Below are positions 18,936 to 29,172 of a stretch of DNA of 64,000 bases, piece after piece (the stretch's first letter is position 1; every line of letters begins with the position of its first letter). Where the stretch lies: the NCBI GenBank assembly GCA_963745035.1, contig CAVUVW010000004.1, positions 7,425 to 71,424 of the forward strand, written 5' to 3'. The position numbers and the translations under genes were made by a program. Source of the DNA: an uncultured delta proteobacterium (lineage in GTDB: Bacteria > Desulfobacterota > Binatia > UBA9968). The notes below the pieces were generated by a model. The model ran no database searches. It had not been told where the DNA came from and worked only from the letters and a program-made list of their open reading frames with translations.

Positions 18936-19355
18936 ATGGGTATCTTCGACAATATTATGTCTGCAATCTTTGGTTCCGCGAAAAAGGAAGCCTCACCCGG
19001 GGTATCGGCCGGGGCGTCACCGGCGGCGACGGCGGCGCCAGGCGCAACGACGACGGGTGCCACGGCCGCAACTCCGGCTACCCCTCCACCGCTCTCGCAG
19101 GTCGACGTGGAAGCCGTGCTGACCAATCTCGTCGCACAGCAAAAGCAGAAGCTCGATTGGCGAAAGTCAATCGTCGATCTGATGAAGCTGCTCGATCTCG
19201 ACAGCAGTCTCGCCGCGCGCAAGGAGCTGGCGAAGGAGCTGAACTATAGCGGCGACACGAACGATTCCGCGTCCATGAACATCTGGCTCCACAAGCAGGT
19301 CATGACCAAGCTGGCGGCGAATGGCGGTAAGGTGCCTGACGACCTCCGGAACTAG
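18936..19355 (+). CDS. DUF3597-family protein
   Basis: RBS AAGGAGG. The N-terminus MGIFDNIMSAIFGSAKK, an Ala/Pro/Thr-rich linker and the conserved C-terminal domain (LDWRKSIVDLMKLLDLDSSLAARKELAKELNY) match my recollection of DUF3597. Confidence 0.8.
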   Translation: MGIFDNIMSAIFGSAKKEASPGVSAGASPAATAAPGATTTGATAATPATPPPLSQVDVEAVLTNLVAQQKQKLDWRKSIVDLMKLLDLDSSLAARKELAKELNYSGDTNDSASMNIWLHKQVMTKLAANGGKVPDDLRN

Positions 19356-19648
19356 CAGTCTGTCGCCAGGATGAGTGAGGCGCTCGCCGCCGCGGCGGAC
19401 TATCGACCGCCGCGGTAAGCGGGATGCGCGACTGGAAGTCGGTGTTCGATCATGCGGCTCCAGCGGGGTGCGAAAGTGCGCGATGAACGAATGGCTGTCC
19501 ATTGCGATGATCGTTCTCATTGGCCGGCTTGCGCTGATCATCAAGCACAAACGATTCCTGATTATCCGACATCGAGGAAGGGGACTTACCGATGGCATCA
19601 AGTGAAAGAGAAAATACGGGAGCAGTCAAAATTGGTCGAGCGTTGCGC

Positions 19649-20512
19649 ATGACTTCGCGGGATTGGAAACAAAATCGTCGCGCAAGCTCAATCGCCGCAG
19701 CGGTCTTGACGTGGGCATTTTTTTCGCTGGCGCTCCCGGCGGGAGCGCAGTCTGCTTCCGCTGATCCCGCGCAGCCGGCGGGTTCTGAAGAAGATCTCGC
19801 CAAGCAGCTTTCCAATCCGATCGCCAGCCTGATCAGCGTGCCGCTGCAGTTCAACTATGACCGCGGCATCGGGCCGGGTCATGACGGCGACAAGTATTTC
19901 GTCAACGTCCAGCCGGTGATTCCGTTTTCGCTCTCCCAAGATTGGAATCTGATCTCGCGCACCATTGTGCCGATCATCAATCAGAATCACATCTTCCCGG
20001 GCGCCGGCAGCCAGACAGGTCTGGGAGATATTCTTCAGAGTTTGTTTTTTTCGCCGGCAAAACCGGTGGGCGGCGTGATTCTAGGCGTAGGGCCGGCGTT
20101 TTTGCTGCCGACCGGAACGGACCGTCTCCTGAGCGCGCGCAAGTTCGGTCTCGGCCCGACCGGAGTCGGGCTCATGCAGGAAGGTCCATGGACCTTCGGT
20201 ATGCTCTTCAATCATATCTGGTCGGTCGCCGGGCAGGAGAGCCGTCCGCACGTGAGCAACACATTTCTCCAGCCTTTCCTGGCATACACTACGAAGGACG
20301 CCTGGACGTTTACGCTAAACACTGAGACTACCTACGACTGGCGATCGGAAGATTGGTCGGTGCCGCTCAATTTTCTCTTGGCGAAGCTGACGAAGATCGG
20401 CGGCCAGCCAGTTCAATTCCAAGCTGGCCCGCGTTACTGGGCAGAGAGCCCGCGCAGCGGCCCGCACGGTTGGGGCGTGCGATTCAACGTCATTTTGCTG
20501 TTTCCCAAATGA
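19649..20512 (+). CDS. outer-membrane beta-barrel protein (Phenol_MetA_deg-like transporter family, tentative)
   Basis: The internal ATG at 19649 gives the signal peptide MTSRDW..AAAVLTWAFFSLALPAGAQS. The remainder has alternating beta-strand character with the motifs NPIASLISVPLQFNYD, VNVQPVIPF and GLGDILQSLFFSP. Confidence 0.7.
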   Translation: MTSRDWKQNRRASSIAAAVLTWAFFSLALPAGAQSASADPAQPAGSEEDLAKQLSNPIASLISVPLQFNYDRGIGPGHDGDKYFVNVQPVIPFSLSQDWNLISRTIVPIINQNHIFPGAGSQTGLGDILQSLFFSPAKPVGGVILGVGPAFLLPTGTDRLLSARKFGLGPTGVGLMQEGPWTFGMLFNHIWSVAGQESRPHVSNTFLQPFLAYTTKDAWTFTLNTETTYDWRSEDWSVPLNFLLAKLTKIGGQPVQFQAGPRYWAESPRSGPHGWGVRFNVILLFPK

Positions 20513-20513
20513 A

Positions 20514-20617
20514 AAAACTAAAAGGGTACAAGAGTAAGGAGTGCAAAAGTAAAAGAGTAAAAGACCCGGCACGTTCTTTTACTCTTCTACTCTTTTACCT
20601 TTTTACTCTTTAGTTTT
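20514..20617. repeat. 104-nt AT-rich imperfect palindrome made of inverted 8-nt tandem arrays; likely terminator hairpin
   Basis: The left arm holds 5 units (GTACAAGA GTAAGGA GTGCAAAA GTAAAAGA GTAAAAGA, 20526-20564). The loop is CCCGGCACGT. The right arm holds 5 inverted units (TCTTTTAC TCTTCTAC TCTTTTAC CTTTTTAC TCTTTAGT). The termini are AAAACTA and TAGTTTT. A perfect 10-bp core stem pairs 20555-20564 with 20575-20584. The element starts 2 nt after the upstream stop codon. Confidence 0.8.
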
Positions 20618-20788
20618 GCCTCTTTCTCCGATCTTGCCTCAGGGATTTGGCTGTCCAAATAAGGGATTGCCCGATCCTGGAGCGATCGCCTCTCGGATAA
20701 AAAAATATATCGGCAGTTCGATCGGGAGTGAGCACCGGGGCCCGAAACCGGCAGCACAAGTTCTTCGGCGTGGACAAAATTACCTGAG

Positions 20789-21850
20789 GTGGAGGCGACG
20801 AAAATGATGGCGGTATGGCGAGGCTCAAGCGACAAACGCCGAAACTACCAACGCATAGGGAATTTTGCGGCGCGGCTGCCGTTTTTACTCGGCGCTATTT
20901 TTTTGCTGCCGCAGTTTGCCTTTGGGCAGGCAGATGCCCTGCCGTCTTGGAACGACGGCAAGGCAAAGCAGGCCATCGTCGCTTTCGTGGACAAGGTCAC
21001 CAGACAGGGCTCGCCTGATTTCGTGCCGCCGCCCGAGCGCATCGCCACTTTCGACAACGACGGCACGTTGTGGTCAGAGCAGCCGATGTACGTGCAGCTG
21101 GCTTTTGTGCTTGACCGGGTGAGGGAGCTTGCCGCGAAAAATCCCGAGTGGAAAAACAAACAGCCCTTCAAGGCCGTGCTCGAGAAGGATTTCAAGGCCC
21201 TAGCGTCGCAGGGCGAAAAGGGCGCGGCGCAGCTCATCGCCGCCACGCATGCCGGCATGTCGTCCGAAGAATTCAATCGCATCGCCGGCGATTGGATCGC
21301 GAGCGCGCGCCATCCGAAATCCAAGCGGCCATACACCGAAATGGTCTATCAGCCGATGCTCGAAGTGCTCGCTTATCTGCGCGCCAATGGCTTCAAGACT
21401 TTTATCGTTTCGGGCGGCGGCGTGGATTTCATGCGCTCATGGACGGAAAAAGTTTACGGCATCCCGCCCGAACAGGTGGTCGGCAGCACGGGCAAGCTCA
21501 GGTACGAGATGCGCAACGGCAAGCCGGTGCTGATGAAACTCGCCGAAATCGACCATGTCGACGACGGGCCGGGAAAACCGGTGGGCATCCAGAAATTTAT
21601 CGGCCGCCGGCCGCTCGCGGCGTTCGGCAACTCCGATGGCGATCAGCAGATGCTGCAATACACCGCGGCCGGCAACGGCGCGCGCTTCATGATGATCGTG
21701 CACCATACCGACGCCGCGCGCGAATGGGCTTACGACCGCAAGTCTCACATCGGCAAGCTTGATAAGGCGCTCGACGAGGCGAACGCGAAGGGCTGGATCG
21801 TCGCGGACATGAAAAGAGATTGGAAGCGCGTGTTCGCGTTCGATCCATAA
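20789..21850 (+). CDS. secreted HAD-superfamily hydrolase/phosphatase
   Basis: Signal peptide is LPFLLGAIFLLPQFAFGQA. HAD motif I is FDNDGTLW and motif IV-like is GNSDGDQQML. Confidence 0.85.
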   Translation: MEATKMMAVWRGSSDKRRNYQRIGNFAARLPFLLGAIFLLPQFAFGQADALPSWNDGKAKQAIVAFVDKVTRQGSPDFVPPPERIATFDNDGTLWSEQPMYVQLAFVLDRVRELAAKNPEWKNKQPFKAVLEKDFKALASQGEKGAAQLIAATHAGMSSEEFNRIAGDWIASARHPKSKRPYTEMVYQPMLEVLAYLRANGFKTFIVSGGGVDFMRSWTEKVYGIPPEQVVGSTGKLRYEMRNGKPVLMKLAEIDHVDDGPGKPVGIQKFIGRRPLAAFGNSDGDQQMLQYTAAGNGARFMMIVHHTDAAREWAYDRKSHIGKLDKALDEANAKGWIVADMKRDWKRVFAFDP

Positions 21851-21916
21851 CGGTGACGATTCATTAGGTTTCTAATTCAACGATCCACGAAAAATAAGAT
21901 TCCAAAGGAGGACGAG

Positions 21917-23434
21917 ATGGCGCAGCAAGAACAGAAGAAACCGAACATCCTGTTCATCATGGCCGATGACATCGGCTGGTTTAATGTCAGTTGTTACAAT
22001 CATGGCATCATGGGCTACCGCACGCCGAACATCGACCGCATCGCCAGGGAAGGTGCCATGTTCACCGACTTCTATGGTCAGCAGAGCTGCACCGCGGGCC
22101 GCGCCGCCTTCATCACCGGGCAATCGCCGATCCGCACCGGCCTCACCAAGGTTGGTATGCCGGGCGCGACGCTTGGGCTGTCGGCGGAGGACCCGTCTGT
22201 CGCGCAGTTCATGAAAAACTTCGGTTACGCCACCGGCCAGTTCGGCAAGAACCATCTCGGCGACCGCAACGAGCACCTGCCCACAGTGCATGGATTCGAT
22301 GAGTTCTTCGGCAACCTTTACCATCTTAACGCCGAAGAAGAGCCCGAATACACCGATTATCCAAAGGATCCGAATTTCCTGAAGAAGTTCGGTCCGCGTG
22401 GCGTGCTCAAGTGCAAGGCCACCGACAAGGACGATGCGACTATCGACCCGGTATTTGGCAAGGTCGGCAAGCAGACGATCGAGAACACCGGCCCGCTGAC
22501 GCGGAAGCGGATGGAAACGGTGGATGAGGAATTTATAGCTGCCGCGCTCGATTTCATGGATCGCAAGACGAAGGAAGGGCAGCCGTGGCTGTGCTATTTC
22601 AACCCGACGCGGATGCACGTCTTCACGCATTTGAAGCCGTCATCCGTGGGCAAGACCGGGCATGGCCTCTATCCGGATGGCATGGTCGAGCTCGATGGTT
22701 TCGTCGGCCAGCTTCTCAAGAAGCTCGATGACCTCGGCGTCGCTGACAACACAATCGTCGTCTTCACTACCGACAACGGCGCCGAAGTGCTGTCGTGGCC
22801 GGACGGCGGCGCGACGCCGTTTCGCGGCGAAAAAGACACCAACTGGGAGGGCGGCTGGCGCGTCCCGTGCGTCATGCGCTGGGCCGGCGTCATCGAGCCT
22901 GGCCGCGTCATCAACGACATCTGTTCGTTACAGGATTTCATTCCGACATTCGCTGCAGCGGCAGGCGACCCTGACCTCGTCGAAAAAGTGAAGAAGGGTT
23001 ACGCGATCGACGGCAAGACCTTCAAGGTCCACCTCGACGGCGTCAACCTTTTGCCGTTCCTTTCAGGCAAGGAGAAGGAGTCGCCGCGTAACGGTTTCCT
23101 TTACTGGAGCGACGACGGCGACCTGATGGCGCTGCGCGTCAACCAATACAAAATCGTGTTCGCCGAACAGCGGAGCAAGGGACTCGACGTCTGGCGCGAG
23201 CCACTGTCGCAGCTGCGCATCCCCAAGATGTTCGATCTGCGCTCCGATCCATTCGAGCGCGGCGAGGAAAGCTTCAAGTACAACGACTGGTTCGTTGAGC
23301 ACGTCCCGTTCCAGTACGCTGCGCAAGCGATCGTCCACGAGTGGCTTGAGAGCTTCAAGGAATTTCCGCTGCGTCAGAAGGCTGCAAGCTTCACCGTTGA
23401 CAAGATCGTCGAGAAGCTGATGCCGAGGGACTGA
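21917..23434 (+). CDS. arylsulfatase (formylglycine-dependent sulfatase family)
   Basis: RBS AAGGAGG. The N-terminal block PNILFIMADDIGW is present. The sulfatase signature is QQSCTAGRAAFITGQ (a C-x-A-x-R variant). GKNHLGD and DNGAE blocks are also present. No N-terminal signal peptide is seen. Confidence 0.9.
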   Translation: MAQQEQKKPNILFIMADDIGWFNVSCYNHGIMGYRTPNIDRIAREGAMFTDFYGQQSCTAGRAAFITGQSPIRTGLTKVGMPGATLGLSAEDPSVAQFMKNFGYATGQFGKNHLGDRNEHLPTVHGFDEFFGNLYHLNAEEEPEYTDYPKDPNFLKKFGPRGVLKCKATDKDDATIDPVFGKVGKQTIENTGPLTRKRMETVDEEFIAAALDFMDRKTKEGQPWLCYFNPTRMHVFTHLKPSSVGKTGHGLYPDGMVELDGFVGQLLKKLDDLGVADNTIVVFTTDNGAEVLSWPDGGATPFRGEKDTNWEGGWRVPCVMRWAGVIEPGRVINDICSLQDFIPTFAAAAGDPDLVEKVKKGYAIDGKTFKVHLDGVNLLPFLSGKEKESPRNGFLYWSDDGDLMALRVNQYKIVFAEQRSKGLDVWREPLSQLRIPKMFDLRSDPFERGEESFKYNDWFVEHVPFQYAAQAIVHEWLESFKEFPLRQKAASFTVDKIVEKLMPRD

Positions 23435-23545
23435 GGAGTTTACGCGGCGCCAAAAATCGGCGAGCTTCAACGTCGACGGCATCTGTCGCGCGAGGTCAGT
23501 ATTGCTGAAAGACGTCCCCTAACTTCTTTTTGGTGACGAAAAGAT

Positions 23546-23902
23546 ATGATCGATCCCCTGCTTCGGATTCCAAAAATCCTCGGCAAAGCCAGTTCGGCCG
23601 CAATGATTCTAGGGATGACATTGAGTTGCTCCACAACTAAAGCCGAAACGGAGCAGAGATGGCTGAGCTTTCGCTGTCCGGATGGCCGAGCCGTGATAGC
23701 GCGATTCGAGCCGCAAGACGACTTTGTGAATATGCGGTTCGATGGCCACGACTTGCGGCTGCCACATGTGATCTCCGGCTCCGGCGCGCGATACAGCGTC
23801 GGCAAAACAACTTTCTGGAACAAAGGCAGGAGCGCGCTGGTAGAAGTAGACGAGAAAGTCGTCGTGCAAGACTGCGTGCTTGAAGGGGAGCCGCGGGGTT
23901 AG
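23546..23902 (+). CDS. MliC-family lipoprotein (lysozyme-inhibitor fold)
   Basis: Lipobox is MTLS|CS. The MliC-like core reads FRCPDGRAVIARF...LRLPHVISGSGARYSVGKTTFWNKGRSALV. Confidence 0.75.
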   Translation: MIDPLLRIPKILGKASSAAMILGMTLSCSTTKAETEQRWLSFRCPDGRAVIARFEPQDDFVNMRFDGHDLRLPHVISGSGARYSVGKTTFWNKGRSALVEVDEKVVVQDCVLEGEPRG

Positions 23903-24032
23903 TCTTTCGATGGTTGGACCTGCTGAGATTTGCGCCTTGCTCTTTGTGACGCTCGGGTGGCTCAAGAGCCTCGGATCCTTCGCCTAGCGTATGTGTGACA
24001 CGACGAGATGTTCAGGAGGAAGGAATAACAAA

Positions 24033-25410
24033 ATGAGCGCAAAAAGTACTTCCAAAACTAACCAAACGTTTAGCCCGACTGACCTGGGCGAACGTGCGAT
24101 CCATCGTCGCGCCGTCGAAGCCGTTATCTGGGGCATACCCGCGGTGAATTACGATCTCATGTTCCAGTCGATGGTCCGCGACGCCAAGGGTGCCGTGAAC
24201 CAGATCCTCTATTGGTCCGGGTTAGCGGATTGGAAGAATCAGTATCTGACGCCGAATCCAGACACTATCTACCTCATGCCTTTCTTCAGCACGAAGGACG
24301 TTGGTCCAATCGTGCTGGAGATCCCTCCGGCGGACGATGGCTCGATCACCGGAACAATCATGGATTGCTGGCAGATGGCTTTGGAGGATGTTGGACCGGC
24401 CGGCATCGATAAGGGCAAGGGTGGCAAATATTTGATCACTCCGCCCAATTACAAAGACAAGGCTGCGGATGGTTACATTCATCTGCCGTCAGTAACCTAT
24501 CAGGGTTACGCCTTGCTCCGGTCGATCCTGAAGAGTCGCGACGACGCGGATATTGCGAAGGCTGTCGAGTACGGCAAACGGATCAAACTCTATCCGCTTT
24601 CTGCGGCAGCCAAACCACCTGAAACGACGTTCGTCGATGCGATAAATGTGGTGGTTGATGGAGTGATTCCCTATGATGTTCGCTTCTTCCAGTCACTCGA
24701 TCGAATGGTCCAATACGAACCGTGGTTGGAGCGCGATCGGGCGATGATCGATCCACTAAAAACTCTCGGCATTGAAAAAGGCAAAGCATTCAAGCCGGAC
24801 AGCAAAACCACAGACATTCTGAAAGCTGCTGCGCAAGAAGCGCTGGCTCTGTTCGATCTGCGGTACGAGAACACCTACGAGCCACACAACAAAGGCATGC
24901 GCTGGTTCCTTCCGGCTGACCAGAGACTCATCAAATCCATGGAGACAGGTTATGGGGACCCGACATGCTATCCGACCGACGGGCGCGGGGCGCGTCTTCT
25001 ACTTCGCCTTCAGTAGCATCAAGCACATGGGTGCGGGTCAGTTCTACCTATTCGTCAGTCGCGACAAGGATGGTAAGCCGCTTGACGGAGCCGCCACTTA
25101 TCGACTGCATGTACCGCCAAACCCGCCCGTGAAGCAATACTGGTCGGCGGTGCTTTACGATTTCGCCACGCACGCGCTCATCCGCAACATGCCGCACGCG
25201 AGCCGTTCGTCGCAGTCGCCTGGCCTTCAGACCAATAGAGACGGATCGGTGGACGTTTACTTCGCTCCAAAAGCACCCGCCGGAAAGGAATCGAATTGGG
25301 TACCGACTGATCCGAAGGGAAGATTCGAAGCGCTCTTCCGCTTCTACGGACCGGAAAAACCGCTGTTCGAGAAGACGTGGGTGCTTCCGGATATCGAAAA
25401 GATTAGCTGA
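24033..25410 (+). pseudogene. DUF1254/DUF1214-domain protein interrupted by one frameshift near 24980-25000
   Basis: ATG 24033 follows AGGAGGAAGGA. The first ORF (to 25016) and the second ORF (from 24952) overlap by 65 nt. Homology continues from ..GYGDPTCYPTDGRG into VFYFAFSSIKHMGAGQFY.. across a G/C-rich run (GGGCGCGGGGCGCG). Confidence 0.75.
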
Positions 25411-25437
25411 GAACAACCACAGGACGGAGAAACGATC

Positions 25438-26430
25438 ATGGCTACACAAGTACAACAAACTACTACGAGCAAAACGGTTCCGGTCACGGTTGAAAACTTC
25501 GCGCGCGCTGAGACCGATGCTTACTTCAAAAAATACGCGACTGGCCCAGGACGTGAATTGGGCAAAATCATGTTCCGCCGTGACGTGTCGCCGGTGGACG
25601 ACCAGACCATCGTGCGCCAGAACCGCGACACACTTTACGGAGCTGCGGTCTTCGACCTCGATGCGGGTCCGGTGACGATCACGCTTCCCGATCCCCGCGG
25701 GCGTTTTATGTCGATGCAGACCTGGAACGAGGATCAGCACACGCCGGGCGTCAAATACAACGCCGGGTCCTACAAGCTGACAAAAGAAGACGTGGGATCG
25801 CGTTACGTTCTTGCGGCTTTTCGGATTCTCGTCAATTCGAATGACCCCGCCGACGTTCAGAAAGGACGCGACCTGGAGGATGCAATAAAGGTCGATCAGC
25901 CGGGAGGCCCTGGAAAGTTCGAGATCCCGGAATGGGACACGGTGAGTCACAAGAAAGTGCGTGACGCGATTATGGTGCTGGCGGACACGGTTCCCGACTC
26001 GAACAGGATGTTCGGGATGCCGAACGAGGTAGACCCGATTCGATTCCTGTGCGGAACGGCCGCCTTATGGGGCGGCAACAAGCCCGAGGATGCTATCTAT
26101 CTCAACGTTGTGCCCCAGAAAAATGATGGGAAGACGGTTCACAAGTTGACCGTAAAGGACGTTCCGGTCGACGGTTTCTGGTCGGTGATCGTGTACGACA
26201 AGACCGGTTACATTCCTCAGAACGACCGGAAGGTTTACTCATTCAACAATCTCACTGCGAAACCCGACGCCGACGGTTCGGTCACGATCCAGTTTGGCGG
26301 CTGCGGAGACGCGACCGGCAATTGTATTCCCATCGTGCCGGATTGGAATTACACCGTGCGTCTCTATCGTCCACGTAAAGAGATCCTCGACGGGACGTGG
26401 AAGTTTCCAGAAGCACAGCCGGTGAATTGA
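25438..26430 (+). CDS. DUF1254/DUF1214-family protein (intact paralogous neighbour)
   Basis: The motifs VENFARAETDAYF, IVRQNRDTLYGAAVFDL and WNYTVRLYRP are as I recall for this family. Confidence 0.8.
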   Translation: MATQVQQTTTSKTVPVTVENFARAETDAYFKKYATGPGRELGKIMFRRDVSPVDDQTIVRQNRDTLYGAAVFDLDAGPVTITLPDPRGRFMSMQTWNEDQHTPGVKYNAGSYKLTKEDVGSRYVLAAFRILVNSNDPADVQKGRDLEDAIKVDQPGGPGKFEIPEWDTVSHKKVRDAIMVLADTVPDSNRMFGMPNEVDPIRFLCGTAALWGGNKPEDAIYLNVVPQKNDGKTVHKLTVKDVPVDGFWSVIVYDKTGYIPQNDRKVYSFNNLTAKPDADGSVTIQFGGCGDATGNCIPIVPDWNYTVRLYRPRKEILDGTWKFPEAQPVN

Positions 26431-26722
26431 TAGAATGGGAGCAAGACGGGATTTTGGTTGCAGCAAAAAAGATATTGCATGACAAACGGTGTGAGAATTG
26501 ATTGATCCGGTGGATCACGGTAGTGAAGTGAGGTCTTCATTGCGCAGTGCTCTCCAATTGATATACAGATCGTCTACAGTCGGACAAGGCGATCAATTAC
26601 GCGTACGATTAGACATGGAGGAACAGGTGAGGTTGAGGTAGATACTTTAGTGCGGAGTCTGGCCGACGTACTTTTGGGCAATACTCAGCGGAATCAATCG
26701 CCTGATCACCGAATCTTTACTT

Positions 26723-27127
26723 ATGGGTGCACGAATCTCCTGGCTTGGGGTGCTTGTCCGTTTGGTCGGAGCGCTGGGCGTCGTGTTGCTGACGTATAAC
26801 CCTACGGGGAACTCCTTTTACCACTGGGCTCTCCGCGATCTCGCCCATATCACGGCGGTGAAAGCATTAGCCGGGGCGCTCCTGCTGGTCGGATGGGTCA
26901 TATGCATACGCGCGGCATTCGTATCACTTGGCCGCCTCGGGGTGGTACTGAGCGCGCTCGTGCTTGGCACTCTGGTATGGGTGCTTACCGACTATGGCTT
27001 AGTCGATCCTGATCGGCCATCGCTGCTGTCGTGGATCGCGCTGATCGCAATCGGCATTATTCTGGGTATCGGTTTATCGTGGTCGCTGTTGCGCGCGCGG
27101 GTTACCGGTCAAGTTGAGGTAGATTAA
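26723..27127 (+). CDS. small integral membrane protein (4 predicted TM helices)
   Basis: 134 aa that are almost entirely hydrophobic helices (WLGVLVRLVGALGVVLL, ALAGALLLVGWVICI, LGVVLSALVLGTLVWVL, WIALIAIGIILGIGL). No family assigned. Confidence 0.7.
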   Translation: MGARISWLGVLVRLVGALGVVLLTYNPTGNSFYHWALRDLAHITAVKALAGALLLVGWVICIRAAFVSLGRLGVVLSALVLGTLVWVLTDYGLVDPDRPSLLSWIALIAIGIILGIGLSWSLLRARVTGQVEVD

Positions 27128-28154
27128 GAGTTTCGACGGGCTTGCGAACACAACCGGCGAGAATCAATTTCAGATTTCAAAAGTGGTGCGTGCGAATCGA
27201 ACATCGCGTTATGACGTCGCGCCACCAGCGCTGCCCCGCTCCCCGGGGGCTAGATGTTTGCTCGCAGGGGGGTGTTTGCAATAAACAATTGTCAACTGCA
27301 TTAATCGTCGTGGCAGCGATGTAGGAGTGGTGGATTCCGGCATGAGCGCCATAAGCGAAAATCTGCGGGGCAATCAGAACGTTTTCGGCCGCGATTTGAG
27401 GCAGACCGTTCGCTGGTCGCATTTCCGGAATATTCTCGGGCTTGTTTTGTTCGTGGCGGCATGGCGATGCCGAGCATCCGACCGAGTCGCGGCTGCGCCA
27501 GGCAAAACACCTGTGCCCATGGCCACGTTCTTACGATGGCCAGCGCGATCGCGTGACTTCCAAAACAAATCGGGGATTAGTGAGCCTATCTTGAAACGGC
27601 GGGCTCCGGACAAGGTATTTAGCAGGCAAAATCAGGAAACTCCTGATCTACAGCGTCAATATTATGTGGGACGCTCTTGAGCATTCTGCCGTAAAAGGCC
27701 AACGGGAAACGGAGCACTGGAAGATGACGAGAACAATGTTCCATAAGACGAAGAGAACCAAAAGAAGTACGCTCTCCTTCGATCGGGAACGCTGGCTGAT
27801 CGACGGTGCATTGTGCGTCACAGTGTTGGAAGTAAGGACGCATGAGAAGAAGGGTGAAGAAGGCCCCACGCGACGCAGCGGAAAAATTCGACAAGGGAAT
27901 CGAGCAAACGGAGCAGGCGATAGATAAAGCTATAGAAAGCATCAAGGAAAAAAAAGCGGCGAGCTGATGAAGGGATGTACTGCTTAGGTTTCTCTGCGTA
28001 TGAAACGCTCTTTGGCGCTATGAATCATCCGCCGCGCGCGAATCCGCAAGCGCTTTGATGCCTCTTTTGCAGAATAACCGTGGCGAAGTAACGCCGCAAC
28101 TGCGCATGGTGCATCGTGTCTTTCTAAACGAAGTTGGTAACCAAGGAGGGAATT

Positions 28155-28895
28155 ATGCCACTTTCTAATCGTCTTGCAGCGGAGTTCTTCGGAACGTTCT
28201 GGCTGGTTTTGGGAGGGTGCGGCAGTGCCGTGCTCGCCGCGGCATTTCCCAATGTCGGCATCGGACTCTTGGGTGTATCACTGGCCTTTGGTCTGACCGT
28301 GCTGACGATGGCATACGGCATCGGTCACATCTCCGGATGCCACCTCAATCCGGCGGTGACCGTAGGTTTGGTCGTCGGCGGGCGCTTCAAGGCCGCCGAT
28401 GCGCTTCCGTATATTCTTGCTCAGGTGATCGGGGCGGTCGTCGCGGCGATGCTGCTCTATCTTATTGCCAGCGGCAAAGAGGGATTCGATCTTGCGGGCG
28501 GGCTCGCGTCCAACGGCTACGACGCTCATTCTCCCGGAGGCTACTCGCTTGTGTCCGGCTTCGTTACCGAGTTGGTCATGACGTTTATGTTTTTGTTGAT
28601 CATACTCGGAGCCACCGATGAACGCGCGCCAAAAGGGTTTGCGCCGCTCGCCATTGGCATGGCCCTGACGCTCATTCACTTGATCAGCATCCCCGTCACC
28701 AATACGTCGGTGAATCCAGCGCGGAGCACGGGCCCGGCGATCGTCGTCGGAAGCTGGGCGATCTCGCAGCTTTGGCTGTTTTGGGTCGCGCCGCTGATCG
28801 GCGCCGTATTGGCGGGAGTGAGTTATCGCGCGATCGCCGGCGAGGTTGCTGCCGGATCCGCTCCTCACAGCGCTGTGAAACCCGCGACGGTATGA
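28155..28895 (+). CDS. aqpZ: aquaporin Z
   Basis: RBS AAGGAGG. The N-terminus is [26 protein letters not shown]. Both NPA boxes are present ([14 protein letters not shown]). Confidence 0.95.
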   Translation: MPLSNRLAAEFFGTFWLVLGGCGSAVLAAAFPNVGIGLLGVSLAFGLTVLTMAYGIGHISGCHLNPAVTVGLVVGGRFKAADALPYILAQVIGAVVAAMLLYLIASGKEGFDLAGGLASNGYDAHSPGGYSLVSGFVTELVMTFMFLLIILGATDERAPKGFAPLAIGMALTLIHLISIPVTNTSVNPARSTGPAIVVGSWAISQLWLFWVAPLIGAVLAGVSYRAIAGEVAAGSAPHSAVKPATV

Positions 28896-29172
28896 GCCTT
28901 GGGCTCCGGTCTGTGCATCTTGATGGACGGGCGGGCATCCGCGTGATCGTAGGTGCGATACCGTTGCCAAAGAGATCGATCACGAGCGGCATTGATCCTC
29001 AGCGGTCTTGTGTCGGGGCTTTGGCTTGGTCGTGTTGGCGTATCCCGAAGCGGGAGCGCTAGCTCTCGGCTGGGTAATCGCGGCTTACGCTCTTGTTTTC
29101 CGAGACTTTGATGATTCGTCTGTCTTTTCATACTGAAAAGGCATCGCGTCGCGATTTCTTAGACGGAAAAGG

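Noticed and set aside
18838-20617. The 8-nt and 9-nt periodic arrays, considered as CRISPR arrays.
   Set aside because: The units are 8-9 nt with 0-3 nt 'spacers', far below CRISPR repeat/spacer sizes. There are no cas genes.
27990-28120. A minus-strand LuxR/sigma-70 region-4-like HTH fragment (..VAALLRHGYSAKEASKRLRIRARRMIHSAKERF..), and a 41-aa helical plus-strand ORF at 27842-27967 (MRRRVKKAPRDAAEKFDKGIEQTEQAIDKAIESIKEKKAAS).
   Set aside because: The HTH fragment has no start codon and is degenerate. The small ORF has a weak RBS and no known family. Both lie in a 1-kb gene-poor stretch upstream of aqpZ and remain unverified.
28950-29142. An HdeD/DUF308-like C-terminal fragment between aqpZ and the CDF gene (..LILSGLVSGLWLG / FGLVVLAYPEAGALALGWVIAAYALVF.. 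in two frames).
   Set aside because: It covers only about 40 codons, is split over two frames and has no start. It is plausible as a remnant but not supportable as a feature.
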